Assembly: GCA_963832165.1 (NCBI GenBank)
Contig: CAWHTE010000007.1
Span: 864,001-928,000 of the forward strand
DNA: 64,000 nt
Direction: 5' to 3'
Source: an uncultured delta proteobacterium
GTDB lineage: Bacteria > Myxococcota_A > UBA9160 > SMWR01
Made by a program: the position numbers and the translations under genes. The notes below the pieces were generated by a model. That model was not told where the DNA came from and searched no databases. It saw nothing but the letters and a program-made list of their open reading frames with translations. Each line of letters opens with the position of its first letter. Within the stretch, counting starts at the first letter, position 1. Of the stretch, positions 1 to 9,116 are shown piece after piece.

Positions 1-170
1 CGCTCGCGCGTCTGCTCGGCCGTCCGCTTCCGCTCGCGCGCATCGCGCGCGCCACGCGCGAAGACGAGTTGCACGCGGACGTGCACGAGATGTTCGACCG
101 GCTCCGCAGCGGACTTGCGCGTGTCGCCCCCCCGCGCACTTGGCGATCGAGCGCGGGCGCCTTAATCTGA
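1..170 (+). CDS. 3' end of a gene entering from outside the window (unknown product)
   Basis: Open frame from position 3 (LARLLGRPLPLARIARATREDELHADVHEMFDRLRSG...) to TGA at 168-170, just before the nifU start. Confidence 0.4.
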   Translation, partial: LARLLGRPLPLARIARATREDELHADVHEMFDRLRSGLARVAPPRTWRSSAGALI

Positions 171-189
171 ATCGATCACCGGGGGGACG

Positions 190-747
190 ATGGATCTCGG
201 TTTCCGCATGCACGCCGAGCGCACGCCGAATCCCAACAGCATCAAATGGGTGCTGGGGCGACCGGTGGTCGAGGGCTCCGTGAGCGCGCACTTCGAGGTG
301 CCGCCGAGCCCCGAAATCTCGCCGCTCGCGGCGCGCCTGTTCGAGGTCGACGGCGTGGTGGGCGCGTTCCTCGCGTCGAACTTCGTCACGGTCACCAAGC
401 GGCCCGAGGTCGAGTGGACCGACATCGCCCAGTCGATCGTGGACGCGATCAAGGGCTGCCTGGCCGAGGGCGGCCCCGCGCTGGGTCCCGGCTATCAGGA
501 GCCGGCCCAGGCGGAACAGAGTGAAGTTGTGGCCCGGATCGTCCGAATCTTGGAGGAGGAGATCCGGCCCGCCGTCGCGATGGACGGCGGGGACATCGTG
601 TTCGCGGGCTTCCGCGATGGCATTGTGGAGCTGTACATGCACGGCTCGTGCGCCGGCTGTCCCAGCTCCACCGCCACGTTGAAGCACGGAATCGAGACTC
701 GTCTCCGCGAGGAGATCCCGGAGATCCAGGGAGTGGTGGCCCTGTAG
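190..747 (+). CDS. NifU/Nfu family Fe-S cluster scaffold/carrier protein
   Basis: N-terminal Nfu_N pattern (TPNPNSIKW...SPLAARLF...VTVTK) and C-terminal IRPAVAMDGGDI...GSCAGCPSSTATLKHGIE with CxxC. Confidence 0.93.
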   Translation: MDLGFRMHAERTPNPNSIKWVLGRPVVEGSVSAHFEVPPSPEISPLAARLFEVDGVVGAFLASNFVTVTKRPEVEWTDIAQSIVDAIKGCLAEGGPALGPGYQEPAQAEQSEVVARIVRILEEEIRPAVAMDGGDIVFAGFRDGIVELYMHGSCAGCPSSTATLKHGIETRLREEIPEIQGVVAL

Positions 748-810
748 CAGGCGCGCGCCGCTCCCCCCGAAGCGGCGCGCCAACGAAGCAACGAGGAAGC
801 AGCGATCCAC

Positions 811-2352
811 ATGTTCGGGGGACTCACCCGTCGCCGGCCCGAGGCCGGCTCGGCCAACGCCGAATCTGCACCCGGCTCCGATTGGACGGCGGACGAGCCG
901 CGCTGGAAGCGCGAGCAGCGCAGCCGCCGCCGCCGCCTGAGCCAGCGCGGGCAGGCCACGCTCGCGAGCCTGACGTTCGCGTCGGTGGTCGTGCTGGGCT
1001 GGGTCGTCGATCCGTTCTCGCCGCTGCGCACGGCCTCGAGGGCGCAGGCCGCCCTCGCCCCGGTCTCCGCGGGAGCCCCGCCCGTGGGTGATGGCGCGTC
1101 CGAAACCCGGATCGTGGTCGCGCCGGTCGACGCGCGGCTCGCCGTGCCCTCGTTCGTGATGGAGCGCCTGCCGATGACGCGCGCTGCGCTCGAGTTGCCG
1201 GTCACGGGCGAAGCCGCCGACGCGCCGTCTGCGGGCACGCCGGGGCGGCTGTTCGAGCGCGTGCCGACGCCGAATGCCGAGGACCGCTCGTTCACGCTCG
1301 AGTACACGCTCGACGCCGAGCTCACGCAGAAGGTGTTCGACGTGCTCGAGACCGGGCGCGTTGGCCTCGGGAACGTAATCGTGATGGACCCGAACACGGG
1401 CCGCGTGCTCGCCTACGCGTCGACCGATCCCGAGCGCTTCCCGCCCACGCGCAGCTATCCCGCGGCCTCGCTCGTGAAGGTGATCACGGCGGCCACGGCG
1501 CTCGACCTCGCGCCCGACGCCGCGCGGATGCCCTGCCGCTTCAGCGGCAGCCCCTACCGGCTCACCGCGGCGCGCATCGATCCGCCGCGGCGCGGCAGCG
1601 TGGTGACGCTGGAGCGCGCGCTCGCCACCTCGAACAACCAGTGCTTCGCGCAGCTCGCGGTGCACGCGATCGGCGTGGCTCCGCTGATCGAGGCGATCGG
1701 GCGCTTCGGTTGGCTCTCGGTTCCCGCGCCCGCGCATGCCTCGGGCGAGGCCGATCCGGGCCAGGGCCGCTTCGGCACGGGGCGGCTCGGCTGCGGGCTC
1801 GCGGGCTGCCGGATCACGCCGCTGCACGCGGCGCAGCTCGCGGCTTCGCTCGCGCACGGCGAGCTGGTCGCGCCGCGATGGATCGAGCGCGTCTGGGACC
1901 CGGACGGGCGCGAGCTCGCGCTGCCGCAGGCCGCCCCCGGCCGCGAGGTGCTGTCGCCCGCGCTCACCGAGCAGCTGCGCGAAATGCTCGTCGAGACGAC
2001 GAAGAGCGGCACCGCGCGCCGCGCGTTCCGCAAGCGCAATGGGCAACCGCTGCTGGGCAGCGTGACCGTGGCGGGCAAGACCGGAAGCCTCTCGGGCAAG
2101 AACCCGGACGGCCGCTACGAGTGGTTCATCGGGGTCGCCCCCGCGGACGAGCCGCGTGTGGCGATCGCGACCGTGGTGGTCCAGCGCCAGCGGTTCTGGC
2201 GCACCGCATCACAGGTCGCCGCGGGCGTGCTCGAGGGCGTGTTCTGCGAGCGGGGCCGCTGCGATGCTGCGCGAGTCAGCCGCTTCGTGGAGCCGCCGGC
2301 CCCGACGCCGCTGCGGGCGGAGACGGTCGCCCAGGTGCGTCCGGCCCGCTGA
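811..2352 (+). CDS. Penicillin-binding protein, transpeptidase domain, N-terminal membrane anchor
   Basis: SxxK (ASLVK), SxN (SNN) and KTG (GKTGSL) motifs; VMDPNTGRVLA; one N-terminal hydrophobic segment. Start uncertain. Confidence 0.88.
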   Translation: MFGGLTRRRPEAGSANAESAPGSDWTADEPRWKREQRSRRRRLSQRGQATLASLTFASVVVLGWVVDPFSPLRTASRAQAALAPVSAGAPPVGDGASETRIVVAPVDARLAVPSFVMERLPMTRAALELPVTGEAADAPSAGTPGRLFERVPTPNAEDRSFTLEYTLDAELTQKVFDVLETGRVGLGNVIVMDPNTGRVLAYASTDPERFPPTRSYPAASLVKVITAATALDLAPDAARMPCRFSGSPYRLTAARIDPPRRGSVVTLERALATSNNQCFAQLAVHAIGVAPLIEAIGRFGWLSVPAPAHASGEADPGQGRFGTGRLGCGLAGCRITPLHAAQLAASLAHGELVAPRWIERVWDPDGRELALPQAAPGREVLSPALTEQLREMLVETTKSGTARRAFRKRNGQPLLGSVTVAGKTGSLSGKNPDGRYEWFIGVAPADEPRVAIATVVVQRQRFWRTASQVAAGVLEGVFCERGRCDAARVSRFVEPPAPTPLRAETVAQVRPAR

Positions 2353-2447
2353 AAGCCCGGCCCGAAGAAATTTTGATTTCTTCGTGACACCTCGGGTCGG
2401 GTCGCGGCCACATCCCAGGTGACAGCACAAATATCCCCTTCCCAGGG

Positions 2448-2487
2448 AGGCCCGGAGCCGGAAACGGTTTCGGGCCTTTCCCGTTCT
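2448..2487 (+). terminator. Intrinsic terminator-like hairpin
   Basis: 13-bp stem aggcccggagccg/cggtttcgggcct with GAAA loop and two G-U pairs that only form on the + strand, followed by ttcccgttct. Confidence 0.65.
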
Positions 2488-2495
2488 GGGGAGCG

Positions 2496-2597
2496 CTACG
2501 ACTCCCGCGCGGCGCCCTTCTTGCGATCGGCGCGGCGCTTGCGGCGCAGTTTGTGCTGATGCTGCTTGCGCTTCTGCTTGCTCTTGCTGCGAGCCAT
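2496..2597 (-). CDS. 33-aa highly basic small protein (MARSKSKQKRKQHQHKLRRKRRADRKKGAARES); not in the ORF track
   Basis: GGAGG Shine-Dalgarno 5 nt before ATG, GC-rich third positions, TAG stop; follows the PilZ gene on the same strand. Confidence 0.75.
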   Translation of the reverse strand: MARSKSKQKRKQHQHKLRRKRRADRKKGAARES

Positions 2598-2645
2598 GGG
2601 GTCCTCCGCGGGGTCGCGGAAGCTAGGGAAGGGCCCCGGCTCGCG

Positions 2646-3758
2646 CTACTTCTTCGGCGCCACGTCGGTGAGCAGGATCTCTCCGAGCACCGTGCCCATC
2701 GCCTCGACCTCGCCCTCCTGGAGCGACTCGACCGTGGGCAGGTTCGCCACGAGCCGCTCGAGGCGAGCCTGTGATTTGGCGTCGAGCGGATCGAACGAGA
2801 TCACGATGCCGCGCTCGCCGTCGCTGCGCTCGACGCGTCCCGAGACGAGCATCGGCTCGTCGCCCGCCTCGGCGTAGATCGCAAGCTGCAGATGATCGCC
2901 GAGCCAGAGCTCGGACTGCGGCTCGACGCGCATGCCGCCCACCGACAGGTCGCGTCCCACCAACACGCGCAGCGCGCGTTCGCCGAACGCGGGAACCGTC
3001 TGCGAGTACGCGACGCGCGTCTGCTGGCGCCGCTCGCCGGGTGCGGGAGTGTCCGTGCGCAGCGTCGCGGGACCCTGTGCGCGGTCTTCGATGATCAGCG
3101 CGAGGGATTCCTTGGCCTCCTCGTCGAGCCGCTCGAACGAGAGGCCCATGCGGAAGCACTCGACGCCCCCGCTCTCGGTGCCTTCGACGTGGATCACGCG
3201 CGCGGGGAGCACGAGCATCTCGCTCGGCTCGCCCGCGTCGATCACTTCGGGAACCAGCACCTCGATGCGCTTGCCGCGCTCGACGCGGTGGCGCGACATC
3301 AGCCGGCAGCCGCGGCTCGAGAGATCGACGAGCGTCGCGACGCGCGTGGCGAGGCCGATCGTGTACGACACTTCGATGCCCACGGCGACGCGCGGCTCGC
3401 GCCGGCGCTCCTCGCCCTTGTAGCAGCAGTGGAGCAGCATCAGGCGCAGTGCTTCGGGGTGCACGGGGCGCCGCACCAGGAAATCGAAGCCGTTGCGCCG
3501 CAGCTGGGAGCGCAGCGCGTTCGAGTCTTCGTTCACGACCATCACGCAGACCGGCGATTCCTCGCTCTCCGCGAGCCGCTCGAGCGCCGCATCGATCCGG
3601 CGCGGCGTGGCGATCAGGAGATCGCGCGGCGCGTCGATCTTCGACAGGTCCGCTCCGCCGCGGATCCGCGCGAACGGGATCGCCATCTCCTGCAGCATCT
3701 GCTGGACGTCGTCGAGCTCGCCGTCATCGAACAGCAGCACCGCCGTGGACACACCCAT
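2646..3758 (-). CDS. Tandem PilZ-domain protein with degenerate receiver-like N-terminus
   Basis: Two RxxxR + DxSxxG pairs (ERRREPR...DLSSRG; ERRQQTR...DLSVGG). Probable start MGVSTAVLLFDD at 3758. Confidence 0.85.
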   Translation of the reverse strand: MGVSTAVLLFDDGELDDVQQMLQEMAIPFARIRGGADLSKIDAPRDLLIATPRRIDAALERLAESEESPVCVMVVNEDSNALRSQLRRNGFDFLVRRPVHPEALRLMLLHCCYKGEERRREPRVAVGIEVSYTIGLATRVATLVDLSSRGCRLMSRHRVERGKRIEVLVPEVIDAGEPSEMLVLPARVIHVEGTESGGVECFRMGLSFERLDEEAKESLALIIEDRAQGPATLRTDTPAPGERRQQTRVAYSQTVPAFGERALRVLVGRDLSVGGMRVEPQSELWLGDHLQLAIYAEAGDEPMLVSGRVERSDGERGIVISFDPLDAKSQARLERLVANLPTVESLQEGEVEAMGTVLGEILLTDVAPKK

Positions 3759-3784
3759 GACTACCCTCGCGCACCGGATTCTCT

Positions 3785-4636
3785 CTATGCGTCGGTTGGG
3801 TTGCGGTCCGGCTGAAGCGGACCCTCGGCGAGCGGAGGCGCGCGCTCCCCTCGGGGCCGCGAGCGCAACGCCCATGCGATCCCGAACACGGCCAGCGCGA
3901 GCCCCACAACCAGGCCGGGCACGCCCGGCAGCCCCACGCTCGCGATGCCCGCGGATCCCAGCAGCGCGGCGAAGTTGTTCGCAGCGTGTCCCGCAATCGC
4001 GGGACGCGTGCTGTCCGACCAGTAGGCGGCGAATCCGAGGTACGCGCCCAGGCACGCGGCGATCGCGCCGTGCTCGAGCTCCTGGTGCAGCCATCCGAAC
4101 GCGAGCGAGGTGATCGCGATGGCCGCGACGGGGCGGATCCAGCGCACGAGGGCGCGTTGCAGGAGGCCCCGGCACAGGAGCTCCTCGCCGATCGCGGGCC
4201 CGATCACGGTTCCGAAGAACGCGATGGCGAGATCCCGCTCGCGCGCGGAGTCGAGCCCGCGCGAGATGCCCACGACCACGCTGCCCTCGAGCGCGCGCGT
4301 GAACGAGAGCGCGGCATCGAGCGCCATCGAGAGCCCGAGCGTGCCGATCACGAGTGCGATCACGGCGCTCGTGGGCACGCGGCTCGCGCCCAGTCCGAGC
4401 CGGCGCGTGGTCGGGCCCGGCAACGCGAACGCGATCGCGATCGCGAGTGCCGTGAGCCCGATCTCGATGCCCATCATCTCGAAGCCGAGGCGCGCGGGGT
4501 TCGTGCGCACGGTCGCCACGAGACCGCGCACGGTTTCCGACAGCCACCACCCAGCGCAGAGGATCACCGCGGCGATCGCGATGCGCGCAGGCGTTTCTCG
4601 CGCAGCGAGCCGAAGGCGAGCGATCAGGTGGGTCAC
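3785..4636 (-). CDS. CPBP (CAAX/Abi) family intramembrane metalloprotease
   Basis: EELLCRG, FGWLH and HAANN motifs; multiple TM segments. GTG 4636 chosen because TACCGT lies 7 nt upstream. Confidence 0.88.
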   Translation of the reverse strand: MTHLIARLRLAARETPARIAIAAVILCAGWWLSETVRGLVATVRTNPARLGFEMMGIEIGLTALAIAIAFALPGPTTRRLGLGASRVPTSAVIALVIGTLGLSMALDAALSFTRALEGSVVVGISRGLDSARERDLAIAFFGTVIGPAIGEELLCRGLLQRALVRWIRPVAAIAITSLAFGWLHQELEHGAIAACLGAYLGFAAYWSDSTRPAIAGHAANNFAALLGSAGIASVGLPGVPGLVVGLALAVFGIAWALRSRPRGERAPPLAEGPLQPDRNPTDA

Positions 4637-4671
4637 GTGCACGACGGTAACGCCCGACCTACTGTCAGGAC

Positions 4672-5232
4672 ATGGCGAGCGCGTCGATCGCACCTTCGCT
4701 GCTCGTGGCGATGCCGCAGCTGCTCGACCCCAACTTCCACCGCTCGGTCGTACTGCTCGTGCATCACGACGTCGCCGGAAGCTTCGGCGTCGTGCTGAAC
4801 CGCACCACCGAGATTCGCGCCGAGCGGCTGTGCGAGAGCATCGACATCTCGTGGCACGGGGATCCCGATGCCGAGATCTGCTGGGGCGGCCCCGTGCAGC
4901 CGCAGACCGGCTGGGTGCTGTTCAGGGACGCACCCGAGGTGGCCCAGCTCGACGACGTGCGCGAGGTCACGCCAGGCCTGCACTTCGCGGGCTCGCTCGA
5001 GGTGTTGCGCCGCGTCGCGGAGCGTCCGCCCGGAGCGATGCGATTGTTGCTCGGTTATGCGGGCTGGGGCCCGGGTCAGCTCGAGAATGAGCTCGCGGAA
5101 GGCGCGTGGCTGCTCGCGCCCGCCGAGGGCCGCGTCGTGTTCGAGGTGGCCAGCGACGAGATGTGGACCCACGTCGTGCGCAGCCTCGGCGTCGAGCCGG
5201 CCACGCTCGTGGCGAGCCGCGGGGTCCATTGA
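4672..5232 (+). CDS. YqgE/AlgH family protein
   Basis: LLVAMPQLLDPNFHRSVV, GVVLNR, WGGPV, GYAGWGPGQLENEL motifs. Confidence 0.93.
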   Translation: MASASIAPSLLVAMPQLLDPNFHRSVVLLVHHDVAGSFGVVLNRTTEIRAERLCESIDISWHGDPDAEICWGGPVQPQTGWVLFRDAPEVAQLDDVREVTPGLHFAGSLEVLRRVAERPPGAMRLLLGYAGWGPGQLENELAEGAWLLAPAEGRVVFEVASDEMWTHVVRSLGVEPATLVASRGVH

Positions 5233-5294
5233 CCCCAAGCTGTGGCGGCCGGCGGGCGCCTCAACTCGATCTGACGCCGCGCCGATGTACGGCC

Positions 5295-6578
5295 ATGGAC
5301 GAGCGCCCGCAGCACCGCTCCGCGTCCGCAACGTCGGCTCGCCCGAACCTCGGCGAGGATCTGCGGCGGGTCGCGGAGTGCTTCGAGGAGGAGGGTGCGC
5401 TCGGCGTCCTGCTCGTCGACGCCTCGGGGCTGTCGCCGATCGAGCCGCAGTACGGCGGCGATGCGCTGCAGCACGCGATGGGGAACCTCGCCGACATGAT
5501 CCAGGGCATGGTCGGAGACCGGCTCGCGGTCAACGACGCCGTGCTCGTGGGCGGGGTCGAGCGCGACGAGATCGTGGTGCTCCTGTTCCGCGGCATGGAC
5601 GAGGTCGACTTCTTCAAGCGCGATCTCGACGCCATCTGCCGCGACGTGAGCGCGGGCCTCGCTCAGCGCGGAAGCCGCGCGGGCTATCCGTACACGCGCG
5701 ATCTTCCGCCCTTCCACGTGGGCACCGGGATGGCACTGCGCAATCCGACGATCCGCGCGGAGCTGCAGATCCGGCGCGCGCTCGAAGAGGCGCGCGAGCA
5801 CATCCAGCTGAGCGCGCGACTCCTGTGGCGCAAGCGGCGCAAGCAGATCTTCGAGCTCGTGATGGAGCGCGAGATCTATTCCGTGTACGAGCCGATCGTG
5901 GAAGTCACCACGCGCACGGTGTACGGCTACGAGGCACTCGCGCGCGGGCCCGACGGCACCGAGCTGCACTCGCCCGCCAAGCTGTTCGCGTTCGCCGACG
6001 AGCAGGACCTCGTGTTCCAGCTCGACTGCCTGTGCCGCCAGAGCGGCCTCGACGGCGCGCGCGATCTGCCCGGCGGAGCGAAGCTCTTTCTGAACGTGCG
6101 GCCGTCGACGATCCACGATCCCAACTTCAGGGCCGAGGCGCTCGAGCGCACGCTCCAGCGCTGCAATCTCGCGCCGAGCGACGTGGTGTTCGAGATCTCC
6201 GAGCAGGAGTCGATCGCGAACTTCGACATCTTCCGCGAGGTGCGCGACTACTACGGAAAGCTCGGCTTCCAGATCGCGCTCGACGACGTCGGCGCGGGCT
6301 ATGCGAGCCTCGAGGCCGTGATGGAGATCCGGCCCGAGTTCATCAAGGTCGACCGCGCTTTCTGTGCCAAGATCGACGAGGACCCGGGCCGCCAGCACCT
6401 ACTGCGCGCGCTGCAGTCGCTCGCGGATCGGATCGGCGCGCGGATCATCGGCGAAGGGCTCGACACGCTCGAAGAGCTCGAGACGCTCGGCCGGATCGGG
6501 ATCCACTTCGGTCAGGGCTGGCTGTTCGGCAAGCCGCACCCGCTGCGGAGCGATCGGACGGACCGCACGCCGGAATAG
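5295..6578 (+). CDS. EAL-domain c-di-GMP phosphodiesterase with degenerate GGDEF-like N-terminal domain
   Basis: YEALAR, LFLNV, FEISE, IALDDVGAGYASL, IKVDR, GEG and QGWLFGKP motifs are all present. Confidence 0.9.
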   Translation: MDERPQHRSASATSARPNLGEDLRRVAECFEEEGALGVLLVDASGLSPIEPQYGGDALQHAMGNLADMIQGMVGDRLAVNDAVLVGGVERDEIVVLLFRGMDEVDFFKRDLDAICRDVSAGLAQRGSRAGYPYTRDLPPFHVGTGMALRNPTIRAELQIRRALEEAREHIQLSARLLWRKRRKQIFELVMEREIYSVYEPIVEVTTRTVYGYEALARGPDGTELHSPAKLFAFADEQDLVFQLDCLCRQSGLDGARDLPGGAKLFLNVRPSTIHDPNFRAEALERTLQRCNLAPSDVVFEISEQESIANFDIFREVRDYYGKLGFQIALDDVGAGYASLEAVMEIRPEFIKVDRAFCAKIDEDPGRQHLLRALQSLADRIGARIIGEGLDTLEELETLGRIGIHFGQGWLFGKPHPLRSDRTDRTPE

Positions 6579-6606
6579 CGAGCGCAGTCCCGTATACTGC
6601 GCGCCC

Positions 6607-7581
6607 ATGAAGAAGACGATCCGACGCGCGGCCGTGATCGCCGTGCTCGTGATTGCAGCGGCGCTCGTCTGGGCCTATCGCAAGGCGACCGATCTCGAGG
6701 TCGTGCAAATCACGGACGACGTCCACGTGATCTACGGGCTCGGCGGCAACGTCGCAGTCCTCTCGACCGACCGCGGTGCGGTGGTCGTCGACACGATGAC
6801 GTTTCGCGCCCAGGGCACGCGCATTCTCGAGGCCGCCGAGCGGCTCGCGGGCGGGCCGATGCAGGCGATCGTGAACACGCACTACCACATGGACCACACG
6901 CACGGGAACCCCGCGTTTCCGAGCGGCACGCAGATCCTCTCCACCGACAGAACGCTCGCGTACCTGAAGCAGGTCGACGCCGGATACTGGCAGGGTGCGG
7001 CCGCGGGCACGCTTCCGAACCAGACGTTCCGCAACGAGCACGAGCTCGCGGTGGGAGACAAGACGATCCGCCTGATCCACCCGGGCCGCGGCCACACCGA
7101 CGGCGACCTCGTGGCGCTCTTCGTCGAGGACAAGGTGCTCCACACGGGCGATCTGTTCACGAATCGCCGCTACCCGAACATCGATCTCGAGGCCGGCGGC
7201 TCGGTGCGCGAGTGGGTGGCGGCGATCGACCGCGTGCTCGAGCTCGACTTCGAGCACGTGGTTCCGGGCCACGGTCCCGTCACCGACCGCGAGGGCTTGC
7301 GGGCGTTCCAGACCTTCATGCGCGAGCTCGCCGACGTCGGCGAGCAGGCCGTGCGCAACGGCTGGACGCTCGAACAGACCGAACGCGAGGCGAAGCTCGA
7401 CGCCGACGCGGGCTACGAGGTCATGGCGATTCCGTTCGTGATGAAGCTCGACCGCGCGTTCGTGGTGCGCCGTGCGTGGGAAGAGGCGACCGGAAAGGTG
7501 GAGCGCATCGCATTGCCAGTAGGGCGGGAGGAGCCGAAGGCGGATCCCGCCATGACCATTCAGGAGAGGCCCCGCAATTGA
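6607..7581 (+). CDS. MBL-fold metallo-hydrolase, N-terminally anchored or secreted
   Basis: NTHYHMDHTHGN, GHTDGD, TGDL and VPGHG motifs; signal-like N-terminus MKKTIRRAAVIAVLVIAAALVW. Confidence 0.9.
   Translation: MKKTIRRAAVIAVLVIAAALVWAYRKATDLEVVQITDDVHVIYGLGGNVAVLSTDRGAVVVDTMTFRAQGTRILEAAERLAGGPMQAIVNTHYHMDHTHGNPAFPSGTQILSTDRTLAYLKQVDAGYWQGAAAGTLPNQTFRNEHELAVGDKTIRLIHPGRGHTDGDLVALFVEDKVLHTGDLFTNRRYPNIDLEAGGSVREWVAAIDRVLELDFEHVVPGHGPVTDREGLRAFQTFMRELADVGEQAVRNGWTLEQTEREAKLDADAGYEVMAIPFVMKLDRAFVVRRAWEEATGKVERIALPVGREEPKADPAMTIQERPRN
7519..7551 (+). repeat. REP-like palindrome GTAGGGCGGGAGGAGCCGAAGGCGGATCCCGCC inside the 3' end of the MBL gene
   Basis: Identical over 33 nt to the reverse-complement copies at 27610-27642 and 52854-52886. 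Confidence 0.88.
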
Positions 7582-8348
7582 AGAATCTGTTCTCGGTCGA
7601 AGGCAAGGTGGTGCTCGTGACCGGCGGCAGCCGCGGTATCGGGCTCATGATCGCGCGCGGCTTCGCCGAGAACGGCGCGCGCGTGTACGTGTCGTCGCGC
7701 AGCGCGGATGCGTGTGCCGAGACAGCCGCGCAGCTCTCGAAGGTGGGCACGTGCGTGGCGCTGCCGGCCGACATCTCGAAGGTCTCCGAGGTGAAGCGGC
7801 TCGCGGCCGAGCTCGGCGAGCGCGAGCCCGCGCTGCACGTGCTCGTGAACAATGCGGGCGCGAACTGGGGTGCGCCGCTCGAGGAATATCCCGACGCGTC
7901 CTGGGACAAGGTGCTCGCGGTGAACGTGAAGGCCGTGTTCCACCTCACCGTCGCACTGCTGCCGCAGCTCGCCGCCGCGGCGACGCCGGACGATCCCGCG
8001 CGCGTGATCAACGTGGGCTCGATCGACGGCCTCCAGGTGCCGGCGCTCGAGACCTACGCCTACTCCGCGAGCAAGGCGGCGGTGCACCACATGACGCGCG
8101 TGCTCGCGCGCAAGCTCGCGTCGCGCGACATCACCGTGAACGCGATCGCGCCCGGGCCGTTCGAGAGCAAGATGATGGCCGCCACGCTCGAGAAGTTCCG
8201 CGACTCGCTCGTGAAGACGATCCCGCGCAAGCGGATCGGCGAGCCCGAGGACATGGCGGGCGCGGCGATCTACCTCGCGTCGCGCGCAGGCGCCTACGTG
8301 ACGGGTGCGGTGATTCCCGTCGACGGCGGGATCTGGACCACGAAGTAG
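7578..8348 (+). CDS. Short-chain dehydrogenase/reductase (SDR)
   Basis: TGGSRGIG, NNAG, YSASK and VDGG motifs; TTG start overlapping the upstream TGA. Confidence 0.93.
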   Translation: MKNLFSVEGKVVLVTGGSRGIGLMIARGFAENGARVYVSSRSADACAETAAQLSKVGTCVALPADISKVSEVKRLAAELGEREPALHVLVNNAGANWGAPLEEYPDASWDKVLAVNVKAVFHLTVALLPQLAAAATPDDPARVINVGSIDGLQVPALETYAYSASKAAVHHMTRVLARKLASRDITVNAIAPGPFESKMMAATLEKFRDSLVKTIPRKRIGEPEDMAGAAIYLASRAGAYVTGAVIPVDGGIWTTK

Positions 8349-8351
8349 CGG

Positions 8352-9038
8352 TCAGCGGCTCGAGCGCGCGGTCAGCTCGGGAAAGAACATCCGCTCGAGC
8401 GCGGCGACGTGATCGGCGACAAGCGCCTCGTCGGTCGCGCGTTCACCCGTTAGTAGCTCGAACTCGGCGCCGAGCGCGTAGACCGACGACGCTGCGCCGA
8501 TCAGCATGTAGTGCAGGTGCGCGGGGCTGCCGAGCAGCGCCATGCCCTCGCGCTGCGCGGCCTCGATCATCGCGCGCACGAAGTCGTAGATCGGCCGGAT
8601 GTGGGTTTCGACCAGCCACTCGAGGCGCGGACTGCGGCCGAATGCCTCCTGGATCATGAAGCGGTGCAGCTCGGGATGCGCGGCCGCGAAGCGCACGAAG
8701 TCGCGCAGCACGAGGCGCAGCCGCGTCGGCAGATCGACGCCCTCGAGGCCCGCGAGCCGCTTGCGAAACGTGTCGCCTAGCAATCCGAAGATCCGGTCGG
8801 CGGCCGCGCGCCAGAGCGCGTCCTTGGTCGTGAAGTGATAGGGCAGCGCCGCGAGCGCGACGCCGGCGCGGCGGGCGATTTCGCGCGTCGTGGCGCCCTC
8901 GAAGCCGTGCATCGCGAACTCCTGGACCGCGGCGTCGATCAGCCGGTCGCGCGTGTCGAGGGTTCTCTGCTGCGGCCGCTTCGCGGCGCGCCGGCGGGCG
9001 GGGCGGGGGCGGGAGGACTTGGCTCGGGCTTGACTCAT
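8352..9038 (-). CDS. TetR/AcrR family regulator, divergent from the catabolic operon
   Basis: HTH pattern GFEGATTREIARRAGVALAALPYHFTTKDALW. Confidence 0.92.
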   Translation of the reverse strand: MSQARAKSSRPRPARRRAAKRPQQRTLDTRDRLIDAAVQEFAMHGFEGATTREIARRAGVALAALPYHFTTKDALWRAAADRIFGLLGDTFRKRLAGLEGVDLPTRLRLVLRDFVRFAAAHPELHRFMIQEAFGRSPRLEWLVETHIRPIYDFVRAMIEAAQREGMALLGSPAHLHYMLIGAASSVYALGAEFELLTGERATDEALVADHVAALERMFFPELTARSSR

Positions 9039-9049
9039 GGGCCTCAATA

Positions 9050-9096
9050 TTGTACAAACGTACTACTTTGTCAATATTAATAGTACGTCCGTACTA
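9050..9096. promoter_or_regulatory. Two TetR-type operator palindromes in an AT-rich divergent promoter region
   Basis: Perfect TAGTACG-tc-CGTACTA at 9081-9096, related ttGTACaaacGTACta at 9050-9065, and TTGACA on the minus strand at 9069-9074. Confidence 0.7.
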
Positions 9097-9116
9097 GGGC
9101 GAGCTGGGAGCCAGGC

